Notes under the pieces: model-generated
What the model saw: the letters and a program-made list of their open reading frames with translations, nothing else
Databases searched by the model: none
What the model was told of the DNA's origin: nothing
Position numbers and translations under genes: made by a program
NCBI RefSeq assembly: GCF_964194025.1
Contig: NC_134474.1
Location: 65,100,001-65,164,000 of the forward strand
Reading direction: 5' to 3'
Length of the DNA stretch: 64,000 bases
DNA from: Convolutriloba macropyga
Taxonomy: Eukaryota
Shown: piece after piece, positions 62,925 through 64,000 of the stretch
How the letters are laid out: each line of letters begins with the position of its first letter
Numbering within the stretch: the first letter of the stretch is position 1

Positions 62925-63856
62925 AAACATTACCGACTAAACGTCGGAAGAATTGCTCTCGAACGACTAGTGAGAGCTCTAATCAATTACAGCCTGCTTT
63001 AGTCGGGGGGATCCCAAAATGGGACTAAGAAGTTCAATAGTGGGCCTCAAATAACCACAGAGGTTAACATATATCACTATTAAGATTTGAAGTGAAAATT
63101 GGCACCAGTTTCGGCGCAGTTTTCAGTTGACTTTTAGTATTAAATTGCCGCCAATTGAGTTCAGCTGCTTGAAAATGTGACTGAGAGAGAGTTTACAATC
63201 ACCCAAAACGCAAAAAGTCAAGGGCGTAAAAGTCTAAACGGTCAAGCGATAAATTTGCATATAAAAGACACACGCGTTTACAATAATTGCTTCTCTACGA
63301 GAGCAATTAATAATCCATTTAAACTTCTTAGGAGACCCATTCAATTCTTCAGAAAACAGTCAAGATAAAAAATGCTTGAAAAAGCCGCACGTGAAAAAAA
63401 AATCCGCTCAATTACAAAAAAAAATCACACCTCAATTTTGCTAAACATCAGCATTAACACAAAATCATTCTTTACACTCCACAATCAAATTGATTCAAAG
63501 AAGACTAAATAAAGACGCACCAATACAATTCAAATTTTTTTCAATTGTAAAATCTGAGAGCGCCTAAATAATGGCCAAATGAGGTCATTCGAAAGTCGCA
63601 TCCAAAAGCTTAAGATTTAAAGTAAAAAATGACACCCGTTTCAGCGCACTTTTCATTTGACTTTTAGTATTAAATTGCCACCAATTGAACTCGGCTGCTT
63701 GAAATTTTGATTGTGAGAAAATATTAGATCACGCGAAACGCAAAAAGTCAAGGGCGCTAAAGTCACTCGAAAAGTCAAAATTGTCAAGCAAAAATTTTGC
63801 ATAAAAAAGACATACACGTTTACAATAACTGCTATGAACTTCGTTCAAGAGCAATT
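62925..63856 (-). mobile_element. Family A element (62925-63308) plus a second related copy (about 63610-63856)
   Basis: Left ccgactaaacgtcgg..aattgctctcgaacga; right ends gagagcaatt (63308) and ttcgttcaagagcaatt (63856); duplicated internal gacttttagtattaaattgcc.ccaattga. Confidence 0.7.
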
Positions 63857-64000
63857 AACAACGTTATAGAAAATCTAAATATTTTTGAAATCAATCTAGA
63901 AAAGTTCTTGTTCCCGAAAATGAGAACACAAGAACGGAGCAAAAATTCTACAAAAAAATTGCAATTCACATTTTCTGGGTCTTAAAATTAGCCTTGAATA

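Overview
AT-rich eukaryotic, probably invertebrate animal, genomic scaffold with two assembly gaps (3966-4209, 14509-14663). It is not prokaryotic: there is no CRISPR array or operon of single-exon ORFs, and the ORF track misses splicing. Three spliced protein-coding genes were reconstructed by hand on the minus strand with canonical GT-AG junctions and matching phases: STN1/OBFC1 (CST telomere complex; 2 coding exons, ~433 aa), SGSM3 (TBC+SH3+RUN; 4 coding exons, ~869 aa) and TUBGCP5/GCP5 (4 coding exons, ~1005 aa). The rest is repeat-rich, with degenerate non-LTR retrotransposon relics, MITEs, minisatellites and tandem duplications. Two features stand out. First, at least three sequence-unrelated families of short non-autonomous elements share one Helentron/HINE-like end architecture (asymmetric subterminal inverted repeats plus a terminal hairpin). 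They carry varied cargo (tRNA-like Pol III cassettes, poly-G tracts, a minisatellite, CRE motifs), nest in each other and are almost all co-oriented. Second, two back-to-back long foldback palindromes with unrelated arms share a 21-bp central loop motif. All protein and repeat assignments come from recalled family motifs, not database searches.
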